From the NCBI GenBank assembly GCA_944415565.1, contig CALYBQ010000005.1:106061-170060 (forward strand): a DNA stretch of 64,000 nucleotides, given 5' to 3'. The DNA comes from an uncultured Rikenellaceae bacterium (GTDB lineage Bacteria; Bacteroidota; Bacteroidia; Bacteroidales; Rikenellaceae). Below the pieces are notes generated by a model that did no database searches, had not been told where the DNA came from, and was given only the letters and a program-made list of their open reading frames with translations. This document shows, in pieces, positions 9,144 to 18,787 of the stretch (its first letter is position 1; every line of letters starts with the position of its first letter). Made by a program: the position numbers and the translations under genes.

Positions 9144-9181
9144 GCAGTAACCTGCGTAATACGCAGGTTACTGCTTTTTTT
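9144..9181 (+). terminator. rho-independent terminator after tRNA-Thr
   Basis: Perfect 14-bp stem gcagtaacctgcgt / acgcaggttactgc with loop aat, followed by TTTTTTT. Confidence 0.8.
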
Positions 9182-9247
9182 GCATAAACCATACGAACAC
9201 CGCGCAACAAACATATATCATTCATTGATTGACAACAAATGGTTTAT

Positions 9248-9255
9248 TATATTTG
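9248..9255 (+). promoter_or_regulatory. putative -7 promoter element (TATATTTG) for the islet operon
   Basis: TAnnTTTG match lying 44 nt upstream of the ATG at 9299. No clean -33 TTTG (only ATTG/TTGA nearby). Confidence 0.35.
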
Positions 9256-9298
9256 TGTGTACAACACAAACAATTTGCAATAGTAAAGATTTAAACCA

Positions 9299-9568
9299 AT
9301 GGCGGTATTTTTAGTCTCGGGTCTCATTCTCGCTGTTTTCGTTTCGGCTAACACCGACTCAGCAAAAGATGTTTTGCTATCCCAAGTCGAAGCTATCGCT
9401 AAATGCGAAGCAACGGTAACATGCTCCGGTGAGACAAAAATCTCATGCGAGCGCAAAAAAGACGGCACATGTTCATCTAACAATGATGAAAAAGGCGCAG
9501 GGTATGTCTTATGCTCAGGTGGAGGAGACCCTGATGTCAAAAAGAACTGTAGCTTTTTTAATTCTTAA
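9299..9568 (+). CDS. small secreted cysteine-rich protein, NVEALA-like (PF14055-type) peptide
   Basis: 89 aa with an N-terminal hydrophobic signal/anchor (MAVFLVSGLILAVFVSA). It carries the motif LSQVEAIAKCE, resembling the NVEALA signature. The predicted mature part has six Cys, with Gly/Asp/Lys-rich spacers. AT-rich codon usage. Confidence 0.55.
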   Translation: MAVFLVSGLILAVFVSANTDSAKDVLLSQVEAIAKCEATVTCSGETKISCERKKDGTCSSNNDEKGAGYVLCSGGGDPDVKKNCSFFNS

Positions 9569-9578
9569 ACCATTTATT

Positions 9579-10628
9579 ATGTATATTTTCAGAAAGCTTC
9601 AAAATCTGAAGCGCATCGTTATACCATGTCTATTATTAACAATAACAGCATTCACTTCATGCAAAACCGATAAATTCGATGAGCATATAATTTATCTTAC
9701 TTCAGACAAAGAAATAGACCAATTATCGGATTCCACATTCTTTAGTTCAACAAAATGCATGGTTGAATATGATGGATATATATATGCATCATTATCTCAA
9801 CGGATGCAAATTATCTGTATGGACAAGAACCTGCAATTAAAAAAAACAATCGGCAAACATGGTCGTGGACCTCAAGAGTTCATATATATAGACTGTTTTT
9901 TCATATACGACAGTATATTATGGGTCGGAAACACAGGACAACTGGCACTTATGAAATTTACTCTTGACGGCAACTTTATCAGCACGGAACACAAAACGAA
10001 AAAAAAATACTCTTTAAATGAGCGCTTTGCTGTAGATGATTCTAAAATCTATTTTTCAAAACCGAATATCGACAAAAAAACGTCCTTAGCCGTTATTGAT
10101 TTAAATAAACCAAAGGATAACAATTATAAGGAATTTGGAGCCTTTACCGATTTCGGTCAATCGTATAAAAATAAAATACAAAACAAAAGAGATGTTTTCA
10201 TTACAGACGATTATATCATAACCGTACCAGAAAGCATTCCGGTAATTGAAAAATATGACAAAAATTCTTTAGAACTAATAGAGACATACGACCTCCTGAC
10301 CATCCCCGTCATAGCCGAGGCACTTGAAGCAACTCTCAACCACCCTGATATCGCCGATCCTATCACTACATATTCCATAGCAAGGGATGCCTATCTGCAT
10401 AACGGCATATTATACATAATGCTTCCAACACCAACCATAAAAATGAAAGACGGTCACAAAGAGTACACAGGCATTATGGCTTTCGACATAAAAGACAATA
10501 TCAAATATTTACACCGTTATCCATTCAATGAAGACATGAATATTTTCTGTGTAACCGACGAGTATATTTTTACGGCACCGCTTACAGGCGGAGTCATTAA
10601 AAGATTCCCGCTAAACCCGGAACAATAA
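9579..10628 (+). CDS. lipoprotein, probable 6-bladed beta-propeller (NHL/TolB-like; BF3164/DUF5128-like)
   Basis: Start at the ATG giving the lipobox MYIFRKLQNLKRIVIPCLLLTITAFTSC. The ORF track starts further upstream at 9429, overlapping the peptide gene. Contains GKHGRGPQEF, an NHL/propeller-like motif. About 349 aa, lying 10 nt after the peptide gene. Confidence 0.55.
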   Translation: MYIFRKLQNLKRIVIPCLLLTITAFTSCKTDKFDEHIIYLTSDKEIDQLSDSTFFSSTKCMVEYDGYIYASLSQRMQIICMDKNLQLKKTIGKHGRGPQEFIYIDCFFIYDSILWVGNTGQLALMKFTLDGNFISTEHKTKKKYSLNERFAVDDSKIYFSKPNIDKKTSLAVIDLNKPKDNNYKEFGAFTDFGQSYKNKIQNKRDVFITDDYIITVPESIPVIEKYDKNSLELIETYDLLTIPVIAEALEATLNHPDIADPITTYSIARDAYLHNGILYIMLPTPTIKMKDGHKEYTGIMAFDIKDNIKYLHRYPFNEDMNIFCVTDEYIFTAPLTGGVIKRFPLNPEQ

Positions 10629-10629
10629 T

Positions 10630-11172
10630 ATGAGACTGTGCTTATTAATAATAACCATTGCCACTATAATATGTTCATACGGCTGTAAAAATATAATTGA
10701 CGGCAACAATCGAGGAACGTCACAAACGACAAAAGCCGTACCGACCAAAAGAGACTCTTTAGCCCGCGAAAAAGACCAACGGTTACTGAGCACACTATAC
10801 AACAAGGAGGCCGCTGTTTTCAATACGATCATACCTGATCTGAAAAATGAAAACAGGAACATTATCCTCGTGGTCAGTAAATTCGATTGCGTAACCTGTG
10901 TCGAGGCCGGATTCGATATCATAAGGCAGATAAAAAAGATCAACCGGGCAGCACATACCTACGTCGTCGGTGTAACAAAAGAGGTTTACATCCCCGAACA
11001 GTACAAATACACTGTATACGAAGATATCGACCAAAATGTACAAACCGCGCTAAATTATGCCCCCACACCCGTCATCCTCATATTGAACGGCAATCGCATA
11101 ATCGACCTATATAGTCCGTATGACTCTAAATCGTTATTCGCCACGGATTTCATCAATGAACATTCATATTAA
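10630..11172 (+). CDS. lipoprotein with thioredoxin-like CxxC motif (TlpA/redoxin-like)
   Basis: Lipobox LLIITIATIICSYGC. ILVVSKFDCVTCVEAGFDII is a beta-strand, CxxC, helix arrangement as in thioredoxin-fold oxidoreductases. Starts 1 nt after the upstream stop, so translationally coupled. Confidence 0.5.
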   Translation: MRLCLLIITIATIICSYGCKNIIDGNNRGTSQTTKAVPTKRDSLAREKDQRLLSTLYNKEAAVFNTIIPDLKNENRNIILVVSKFDCVTCVEAGFDIIRQIKKINRAAHTYVVGVTKEVYIPEQYKYTVYEDIDQNVQTALNYAPTPVILILNGNRIIDLYSPYDSKSLFATDFINEHSY

Positions 11173-11220
11173 CGGCAGCGATAATAATTTGATAATATAC
11201 CATTAACACTTACATCAATA

Positions 11221-11249
11221 CCCCCGGACTGTTTAACTCCGGGGGTTTT
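11221..11249 (+). terminator. rho-independent terminator closing the islet operon
   Basis: Stem cccccgga / tccggggg with a 9-nt loop, followed by TTTT. Confidence 0.6.
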
Positions 11250-11272
11250 CACTGCTCGGACAATAACAACAA

Positions 11273-11845
11273 TTATCTTCCACCATTCCACTCGTAGCGC
11301 TCCCCATCAATGCCGAGCAACGAAAGGATGCGTTCCACGACCGTCATGCAGAGCTGCTCAATGTCGGCAGGGTGCGAATAAAACGACGGCGACGCCGGAA
11401 GCACCACAGCCCCGCATTCGGAAAGCGCCGTCATATTTCGGAGATGTATGGTCCCGTATGGAGTTTCGCGGGCGACCAATATCAGACGCCGACGCTCTTT
11501 GAGCATGACGTCGGCGGCACGGGTTATCAGATTATCGGATACGCAGTTAGCTATGCGCCCCAGCGTTCCCATAGAACACGGCACGATCACCATAGAATCA
11601 TAGGCTGCTGAGCCGGATGCCGGTGCGGCGAACAGATCGTCATTATCGAAGTACCGCACACGCGGATCATCGCCGCCCGACGGGATATTTTGCTTTTCGT
11701 ACTCGGCCACCGCCAACCCGTTTGTACTGAATACGACGGCCACCTCGGACACCGCGCCTGAACGCAAAAGACACTCCACAAGCAGGCGGGCATATATCGA
11801 GCCGCTCGCTCCCGTAACACCCACTACTATCCTGCGTCCTGTCAT
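11273..11845 (-). CDS. ubiX: UbiX-family flavin prenyltransferase
   Basis: 190 aa. MTGRRIVVGVTGASGSIYARLL... and ...CSMGTLGRIANCVSDNLITRAADVMLKERRRLILVARETP are typical of UbiX/Pad1. Confidence 0.85.
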   Translation of the reverse strand: MTGRRIVVGVTGASGSIYARLLVECLLRSGAVSEVAVVFSTNGLAVAEYEKQNIPSGGDDPRVRYFDNDDLFAAPASGSAAYDSMVIVPCSMGTLGRIANCVSDNLITRAADVMLKERRRLILVARETPYGTIHLRNMTALSECGAVVLPASPSFYSHPADIEQLCMTVVERILSLLGIDGERYEWNGGR

Positions 11846-11865
11846 CTTTGAAAAGAATTATAGTT

Positions 11866-12474
11866 TCAGACCTCTATCGTCGAACAGCGCAACCCCTGCT
11901 CTTTCAGGTATTCCAATACGCGCGGCAACGCATACCGCATATTGCGTGCCGACTTCCACGAATCGTGAAATACGACTATCGAACCCGCCCCGACATACTT
12001 CAACACGTTCTTGGTACATTGGCGCGGAGTTATCAGACTGCTGTAATCACGGCTCAACACGTCCCACATGACAAGCGTATAACGCTCCGAAAGAATCCTC
12101 GCCTGCACCGGCGTTATGCGCCCGTAAGGCGGACGAAACAGATCACTGTGTATCAACTGGTTGGCGAAATCCACATCCTCCACATAACGCTCCACACTCA
12201 TACCCCACCCTTTTTGATGGCTGTACGTATGATTACCGGCCTTATGTCCACCCGCAATAATCCGTCCGAACGTTTCGGGATACTGCTCCACATTCTTCCC
12301 GAGACAGAAGAAGGTAGCCTTTGCATCGTATTTCGCGAGCGTCTCCAATATCCACTCCGTATTCCCCGGGGTTGGGCCGTCGTCGAACGTAAGATATACA
12401 TCCGGCTCCCCATCCATATTCCATATGAGGCCGGGCGCTATATGTTTCAAAAATTTAGGAGGCTTAAAGCGCAT
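11866..12474 (-). CDS. polysaccharide deacetylase family protein (NodB homology domain)
   Basis: TFDDGP motif and HTYSHQ motif in a 202 aa protein. Confidence 0.8.
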   Translation of the reverse strand: MRFKPPKFLKHIAPGLIWNMDGEPDVYLTFDDGPTPGNTEWILETLAKYDAKATFFCLGKNVEQYPETFGRIIAGGHKAGNHTYSHQKGWGMSVERYVEDVDFANQLIHSDLFRPPYGRITPVQARILSERYTLVMWDVLSRDYSSLITPRQCTKNVLKYVGAGSIVVFHDSWKSARNMRYALPRVLEYLKEQGLRCSTIEV

Positions 12475-12635
12475 ATCCTGCTAAAATTTACACATTCGAC
12501 CCCGCAAAGTTACTACCATTATCCGATTTGGCAATAACCGTCACACGGACAACACAGTTAAATGGGCCGTCCGCATTGCAAATCCTCGAAAAAAAGATAA
12601 CTTTGTATCGAACCACACACATAAATAATACGGCT

Positions 12636-13694
12636 ATGAAACACATACGCATATTATCGCTCGCACTGCTGGCCATAGCGGCGCTGGCATCGTGCAAAAG
12701 CACCAGCACGAATACGAAGAAACAGGCATCTCAGGGACAGCCATACGAAATCATAATAGTAGCCGGGAACGACGAATGGGGCAGCGCCCTCAGCGACACC
12801 CTGCAATCGGTACTGAAGGAGACTATCCCGGTACTCAACTCGCCCGAACCGCTCTACACGACAAGCAGAATACACCCGAACAGCTACGACGGCATGCTCA
12901 GGCTTCACCGCAACATCTTGCTCGTCGAAGCCAACGAGAAGTACGAAGCATCTGCGATACACGCGCAATACGACGTCACGGCAGCCCCCCAGATAATAGT
13001 GAGCCTCACGGGGCCCGACGTGAAATCCATGACACAATACGTTTCGGATTACAGAAAGGAACTCCAGACAATATTCGAGGCGGCGGAAAGAAACCGCTCG
13101 CTCGCCCTCAACCGCAGCACGGAGAACAAGGCCCTCGGGGCGAAGATATTCGACAAGTTCGGATTCAACATAGTAATTCCTAATACCTACCTCGAAGCCG
13201 AGGCCAATGCCCGGGAAGACTTCATGTGGCTCCGCAAGCACTACAACGAAGCGGAGCAGGGAATCATAATATACAAATATCCCTATACGGGCAATGACGA
13301 TTTCACCAGAGATTCGCTTCTCAACCGCAGGAACGAGTTCGTCGCACGCATAGAGGGCTCCAACGCCGGTTCGCACATGACGACCGCGCCGGTATTCAAG
13401 CCCTTACTCGCATACAAACGCATACACGGCCGCAACTGGGCTGAGATGCGCGGCTTCTGGGACATGGAAGGCGATTACTACGGCGGTCCGTTCGTGAGCT
13501 ACTCCACTCTGGACAGAGCGACCCAACAAGTCATAACAATCGACATGTACATCCTTTCGCCGAACCACGGCAAGATGAAACGCAATTATTACAGGCAATT
13601 GGAACATCTGATGTTCAGCGTCTCGTTTCCGGAAGATAAAGCCGTAAAAGTAGAGGCGAAGGCGGACACGACGGCAGTTGCGGCCGAGCAATAA
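12636..13694 (+). CDS. hypothetical lipoprotein (possibly DUF4837-like)
   Basis: Start at MKHIRILSLALLAIAALASCKS (lipobox), inside the longer ORF-track frame 12528..13694. About 352 aa with no recognisable catalytic motif. Confidence 0.55.
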   Translation: MKHIRILSLALLAIAALASCKSTSTNTKKQASQGQPYEIIIVAGNDEWGSALSDTLQSVLKETIPVLNSPEPLYTTSRIHPNSYDGMLRLHRNILLVEANEKYEASAIHAQYDVTAAPQIIVSLTGPDVKSMTQYVSDYRKELQTIFEAAERNRSLALNRSTENKALGAKIFDKFGFNIVIPNTYLEAEANAREDFMWLRKHYNEAEQGIIIYKYPYTGNDDFTRDSLLNRRNEFVARIEGSNAGSHMTTAPVFKPLLAYKRIHGRNWAEMRGFWDMEGDYYGGPFVSYSTLDRATQQVITIDMYILSPNHGKMKRNYYRQLEHLMFSVSFPEDKAVKVEAKADTTAVAAEQ

Positions 13695-13974
13695 ACCGAC
13701 CGCAGGCAAAACACGACAGGCCGGCCCTCAGAGAGGGTTACGGCCTGTTTTCAATATATACGCGCAAAGGATACGAACCTTAACGACAAATTAATGGCCG
13801 ACATGCGCGATAACTTCCTGTTTTTTACTATTTTTGCAGTCTCGGCATTATATACTACCAAGCGGTAAGCGCTTGACACGCCGCAAAATACGACACGACG
13901 GCCAACGGCCAGCATGTCGGCGGAGCAACGATGCCGAGCGAGAATTTAACATATAAGTAACTGATTGTAAAAAA

Positions 13975-14976
13975 ATGAAGGTAGCAATCGTAGGCGCGAG
14001 CGGCGCCGTAGGACAAGAGCTTTTAAAGATCATCGAAGAACGCAATTTGCCCGTTGACGAGCTTTTACTTTTCGGCTCGGAACGCAGCGCAGGCAAGAAA
14101 TATATGTTCAAGGGCAAGGAGATAGAAGTCAAACTCCTCGCCCACAACGACGATTTCAAAGGCGTTGACATAGCTTTCACCTCGGCCGGCGCAGGCACTT
14201 CGAAGGAGTTCGAAAAGACGATAACCAAATACGGTGCGCTCATGATCGACAATTCGAGCGCATTCCGTATGGACAGCGACGTACCCCTCGTAGTTCCGGA
14301 AGTAAACCCGAAGGATGCGTTCGACACCCCGCGCAACATTATCGCCAACCCGAACTGCACAACCATACAGATGGTCGTGGCCCTCAAGGCAATCGAAAAC
14401 CTATCGCACATCAAGCGCGTACACGTTTCGAGCTACCAGTCGGCCAGCGGCGCAGGTGCAGCCGCAATGGACGAACTCGAAATGCAGTACAAGGAACTCG
14501 TTGAGGGCAAAGAGCCTACGGTCAACAAATTCGCATATCAGTTGGCATACAACGTGATTCCGCATATCGACGTCTTCACCGACAACGGATACACCAAAGA
14601 GGAGATGAAGATGTTCAACGAAACGCGCAAGATCATGCACTCCGACGTAGAGGTAAGCGCTACATGCGTCCGCGTTCCGGTAATGCGCGCACACTCGGAG
14701 AGCGTGTGGGTGGAAACCGAACAGCCCATATCGGTCGAACAGGCCAAAGAGGCATTCTCGAAAGCCGAAGGCGTCGTCCTGATGGACAATCCGGCAGAAA
14801 AGCAATACCCTATGCCGTTGATGTTGGCCGGTTGCGACCCCGTATACGTAGGTCGGGTACGCAAGGACCTCGCAAACCCTAACGGACTCGCATTCTGGTG
14901 CGTAAGCGACCAGATCCGTAAAGGAGCCGCCCTCAATGCTGTACAAATAGCCGAGTACGTTATCAAGAACCGCTAA
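13975..14976 (+). CDS. asd: aspartate-semialdehyde dehydrogenase
   Basis: [20 protein letters not shown]... NAD-binding N-terminus and 333 aa length, with an Asd-type active-site region ([10 protein letters not shown]). Confidence 0.9.
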   Translation: MKVAIVGASGAVGQELLKIIEERNLPVDELLLFGSERSAGKKYMFKGKEIEVKLLAHNDDFKGVDIAFTSAGAGTSKEFEKTITKYGALMIDNSSAFRMDSDVPLVVPEVNPKDAFDTPRNIIANPNCTTIQMVVALKAIENLSHIKRVHVSSYQSASGAGAAAMDELEMQYKELVEGKEPTVNKFAYQLAYNVIPHIDVFTDNGYTKEEMKMFNETRKIMHSDVEVSATCVRVPVMRAHSESVWVETEQPISVEQAKEAFSKAEGVVLMDNPAEKQYPMPLMLAGCDPVYVGRVRKDLANPNGLAFWCVSDQIRKGAALNAVQIAEYVIKNR

Positions 14977-15097
14977 GCTTCTGGCGAGCCGGGAAGACTA
15001 CGACGGCAGGCCGGAAACTCCGAAACGCAATAGCAAAACGGTGAACGGGATTTTCCCAATTTTAATATTTTCGAACTTTAACATAAACAATTTATAC

Positions 15098-15664
15098 ATG
15101 GCAACTACCGCAGATATAAAGAACGGAATGTGTATCGAGCTGAACGGCAAAACGTTCAGCATCGTGGAATTCCAGCATGTAAAACCGGGCAAGGGCCCAG
15201 CATTCGTCCGCACGAAACTCAAGAATCTGGAAAACGGCCGTCTTATAGACAACACCTTTTCGGCAGGAGAGAAGATCGAACCGGTACGCGTAGAACGCCG
15301 TCCGTACCAGTATCTCTACGACGACGACATGGGCAGCAACTTCATGCACACCGAGACTTTCGAACAAATATCCATCAACAAGGACCTTATCGACAACGCC
15401 GACCTCATGGCCGAAGGGCAGATCGTGGAGGTGATGTTCCATACGGATAAAGACATGGTTCTTTCAGCCGAACTCCCGCCGATCATCGACATGGAGGTCA
15501 CATATACAGAACCGGGCGTCAAAGGCGACACAGCATCGTCAAACTCCCTGAAACCAGCGACTGTAAATACCGGTGCTACGGTAAGGGTCCCGCTGTTCAT
15601 CAATACCGGTGAGAAAATCCGCGTAGACACCCGCACCCGCGAGTATTACGAAAGGATAAAATAA
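15098..15664 (+). CDS. efp: elongation factor P
   Basis: [44 protein letters not shown]... is an EF-P signature. Start trimmed to Met20 of the ORF-track protein. Confidence 0.9.
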   Translation: MATTADIKNGMCIELNGKTFSIVEFQHVKPGKGPAFVRTKLKNLENGRLIDNTFSAGEKIEPVRVERRPYQYLYDDDMGSNFMHTETFEQISINKDLIDNADLMAEGQIVEVMFHTDKDMVLSAELPPIIDMEVTYTEPGVKGDTASSNSLKPATVNTGATVRVPLFINTGEKIRVDTRTREYYERIK

Positions 15665-15694
15665 GACGCAAGGAGTCAATCCTGAGAAGCACAA

Positions 15695-15733
15695 ACGACA
15701 CGCCCCGGACAAATGTCCGGGGCGTGTCGTTTA
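15695..15733 (+). terminator. stem-loop terminator after efp
   Basis: 16-17 bp perfect stem acgacacgccccggaca / tgtccggggcgtgtcgt. The trailing T-tract is short (TT). Confidence 0.55.
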
Positions 15734-16065
15734 CCTGTGACCAATGCGTAACACTCTCCCCCAACGCCCCCGCAACAGGCCATTTTATACAAATCTGGTC
15801 GCAGAATTGAACGTTTTGACCAATTTTCACATTTATTCACAAAAAGAATTTGTTTTACATTGAGAATGTTTATATTTGCGTTTAGAGCATTGGACTTTTA
15901 AGGGAACATTACGACGTCGATTTACATCCGATCAAGGGGAACGGCGTGGTTGTGTTCCATATTAGTGGGTATAAAAAACCTGCACCCATTTTTCCACTGC
16001 CGAAATTAACACAACAGGGAAACTCAGAAACGAAAACCAAGAATAACTTAAAACCAATAACCACG

Positions 16066-17688
16066 ATGAAAAAACTTTTACCCTTGTTACTCTTAGGTGT
16101 GACTGCGATGTTCTTCTCGTGCGAGTCCTATGACAAGAATGAAGGTAAAGCCAATGCGCCGCAAGCCTCATTCCTCGTCGCACAGCAGACACTCCCGTTC
16201 ATGGGCGAGATCACTGTAAAAGTAGTCCTCGACAAACCGGCAGAGCAAGACTTAACTATACCTTTCACTGTTGTAGGTAGCGCAACAGAAAATAGGCATT
16301 ATGAATTTATCGGCCTGCCGACAACCCCGGACGGAGAGGAAACGATACACGAACTCACATTCTTGCGAGGTGAAACGGAAACCTCTTTCGGATTGAAACA
16401 CATGATGGTCAATGCAGATCCTGTTTTGGCACAAATTGCACTTGACCGAAGCGAGGACGGCAGCTATTCGCTGAGTGACAAAAAGCAAATCCTTATCAGG
16501 ATCGACCAGAGGGAAAACGTACTGGTAAGTTTCACCCAGAATGAATACCTTACACGCGAATTCTCTAATATTACATTGAATTTTACTCTTACCGGAGAAG
16601 TGACGGGAACGGAATATACCGCACCTAACGACTTAAACGTACAAATGACTGTCGTTCCAATATCTACGTCCATATACCAACCACAGATCACCAATGTCCC
16701 CAGCAATGCTTATAAATGGCTCGACGGCAGCACTGCGACAGTAGAGTTGGGAGAAAACACGGACTCGCTCGCATTAGGTATCAGCTACATCAACCAGACA
16801 AGCCCTAACGCGCCTAATGATCCGGATCCAATCTTTACCAGAGGAGACGATTGGCCGGAAGGATACCACTATCGTTTAGGGGTCACATTTACAGGATTGT
16901 CCAACGGCCTTATATTGGGCGATATAGACACTACATATATATATGTAAAAAGGTTGGAAGATCCGATTGAAGAGATACTTATGCAGCATCATTGGATCAA
17001 CCCGACATGGGGCTTGGATCTGTACGAAGCCCTTTCTAAAAAGGAAGCCCTGTTGAAGAAACTCGACCAAACAGGGGATACCAGTTGGGGAGATATGCCG
17101 CGAAACAACTACTATGAGGATGAAATATGGTTCGAAAAAGTTGAAGGAACCGGAGAGATTGATCCGGAAACAGGAGAAATAGACCATAAATACTACATCC
17201 ACATCGAAACAGCATATCCTAATGATGATATAAACAGGCGAAGCGACTTCGTGAAATTCTTCAAACCCGGCCCGATGGTCAACAGGGACGAACAGAACCG
17301 TAAATACGAGAACTTGGAACAACGTAACCACCCGCTCGGATCAGCAGCATACGGTTTGAAGATGAGGGTTCCGGCCAATAAAAAATTCAGTTGGAAAGAG
17401 ACCAACTTAGTGCCTCCGGGACTTGATACTGTCAACATCTACAAAGAAGGTGTGGAACCGGTAGATGGCAGCAACGTAATCATCATACCTTCGAGTGTAA
17501 TGGGCGATAACGAGGAATCGTGGATAGATATATGTATCCTGCAAGGTTCGTGGGAAAGGACACCATATAATTTCATGTATGTCTTTGAAAATTGGGAGGA
17601 CCCTGACAATCCGGGAAACCAGCCGTACTTAGGCTCAAAGAATCCTCGAAACTTCGACATATGGTTCAGGTTGTATAAGAAACAATAA
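16066..17688 (+). CDS. hypothetical surface lipoprotein
   Basis: Start at MKKLLPLLLLGVTAMFFSCES (lipobox), inside ORF-track 15946..17688. 540 aa, Thr/Asn/Asp-rich, with no catalytic motif recognised. Confidence 0.55.
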   Translation: MKKLLPLLLLGVTAMFFSCESYDKNEGKANAPQASFLVAQQTLPFMGEITVKVVLDKPAEQDLTIPFTVVGSATENRHYEFIGLPTTPDGEETIHELTFLRGETETSFGLKHMMVNADPVLAQIALDRSEDGSYSLSDKKQILIRIDQRENVLVSFTQNEYLTREFSNITLNFTLTGEVTGTEYTAPNDLNVQMTVVPISTSIYQPQITNVPSNAYKWLDGSTATVELGENTDSLALGISYINQTSPNAPNDPDPIFTRGDDWPEGYHYRLGVTFTGLSNGLILGDIDTTYIYVKRLEDPIEEILMQHHWINPTWGLDLYEALSKKEALLKKLDQTGDTSWGDMPRNNYYEDEIWFEKVEGTGEIDPETGEIDHKYYIHIETAYPNDDINRRSDFVKFFKPGPMVNRDEQNRKYENLEQRNHPLGSAAYGLKMRVPANKKFSWKETNLVPPGLDTVNIYKEGVEPVDGSNVIIIPSSVMGDNEESWIDICILQGSWERTPYNFMYVFENWEDPDNPGNQPYLGSKNPRNFDIWFRLYKKQ

Positions 17689-17704
17689 CTCTATACGAAC
17701 ATAT

Positions 17705-17735
17705 AAAAATCCGGCCTTGAAGCCGGATTTTTATA
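17705..17735 (+). terminator. rho-independent terminator
   Basis: Stem aaatccggc / gccggattt with loop cttgaa, followed by TTTTAT. Confidence 0.7.
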
Positions 17736-17992
17736 TTAATACCAATTGATACACCTTATCTTGATTTCGGATAGCTTTTAATGCCACTAAGGTTACGCAA
17801 CAGATACCATTTAAACATTCAGGCTGCCACCAGACGCCAATATTTCCCTATAACAACATAGCCCTAACGCAATAATCCTATCTTCACAGTACTTGCTTGC
17901 ATCGACAGGACAAGGTTTATACGCATACCTGACTTACGGACAATTATATTTAAATTTGCATCGATAGGGATGCCATAACAATCGACATAAAG

Positions 17993-18517
17993 ATGCAAAA
18001 AGAGAAAACAAAATTAGACGAGCTATCCGCAGACGAACTGAGACAACTGGTTAGGATTTATGCTCGCAACATATATGCGCTGGACGGCGTATGGTTCCAG
18101 TCCATAGAAGCGACTGACGGCATGGACACCGCCATGCACCATGACCGTGAAGCATGGCGCAGGTTTACAGTGACCGAGGCTCGCCGTATCAAGAATTTCC
18201 TCGGACTCGAAGAACACTCCGGACTCGACGGATTGGAACAAGCCCTCTCCATCCGATTCTCGGCTCTCGCCAACCCTAAAGTCGAACTACTGCGGGAAGG
18301 CGACGCATTGACCTACCGCGTCGTAGAGTGCCGTGTCCAAAGCGCACGCAAAGAGAAAGGCATGCCATTCCATCCATGTGCATCCGTTGGAATCATAGAA
18401 CATGCAGATTTCGCCCGTGTAATCGACGACCGGATAGTTGCAGAAATGGTAAGTTGTTACCCTACCGTATCGGACCAATCGTGCGCTTGCTGCTGGCGGT
18501 TAACTCTGAAAAGTTAA
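17993..18517 (+). CDS. hypothetical protein
   Basis: 174 aa, with no TM segment and a Cys cluster at the C-terminus (CACCW). Function unknown. Confidence 0.45.
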   Translation: MQKEKTKLDELSADELRQLVRIYARNIYALDGVWFQSIEATDGMDTAMHHDREAWRRFTVTEARRIKNFLGLEEHSGLDGLEQALSIRFSALANPKVELLREGDALTYRVVECRVQSARKEKGMPFHPCASVGIIEHADFARVIDDRIVAEMVSCYPTVSDQSCACCWRLTLKS

Positions 18518-18726
18518 CCGCTCCTCAAAAGTGCAGAGACATATGGCTTACCATATAAACGACATGGGAGCGACATAGCATAGCACTAACAATAAACCCA
18601 ATTCCACTCTATTGGTAGAACATCCATACGCCACCTGATTCTCTCCTGAAAAATCCCGCAGACGTATTCCATCCAACATATCGGAAGACATCAAAACCAA
18701 TACACACAAAGCAGCACAATCAAGGC

Positions 18727-18766
18727 ATAAAAAAGTCCTGCACCCGGCCAACCGGATGCAGGACTT
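18727..18766 (-). terminator. terminator after oadB (minus strand)
   Basis: Imperfect 13-bp inverted repeat gtcctgcacccgg / ccggatgcaggac. On the minus strand it is followed by TTTTTTAT. Confidence 0.6.
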
Positions 18767-18787
18767 CTACTATACAATTTCTACCGA

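Noticed and set aside
9140-11250. Classification of the islet as an integrative mobile element
   Set aside because: No integrase, recombinase or transposase gene is present, and no recognisable direct repeat of the tRNA-Thr 3' end. Reported as a compositionally foreign islet, not as a mobile_element feature.
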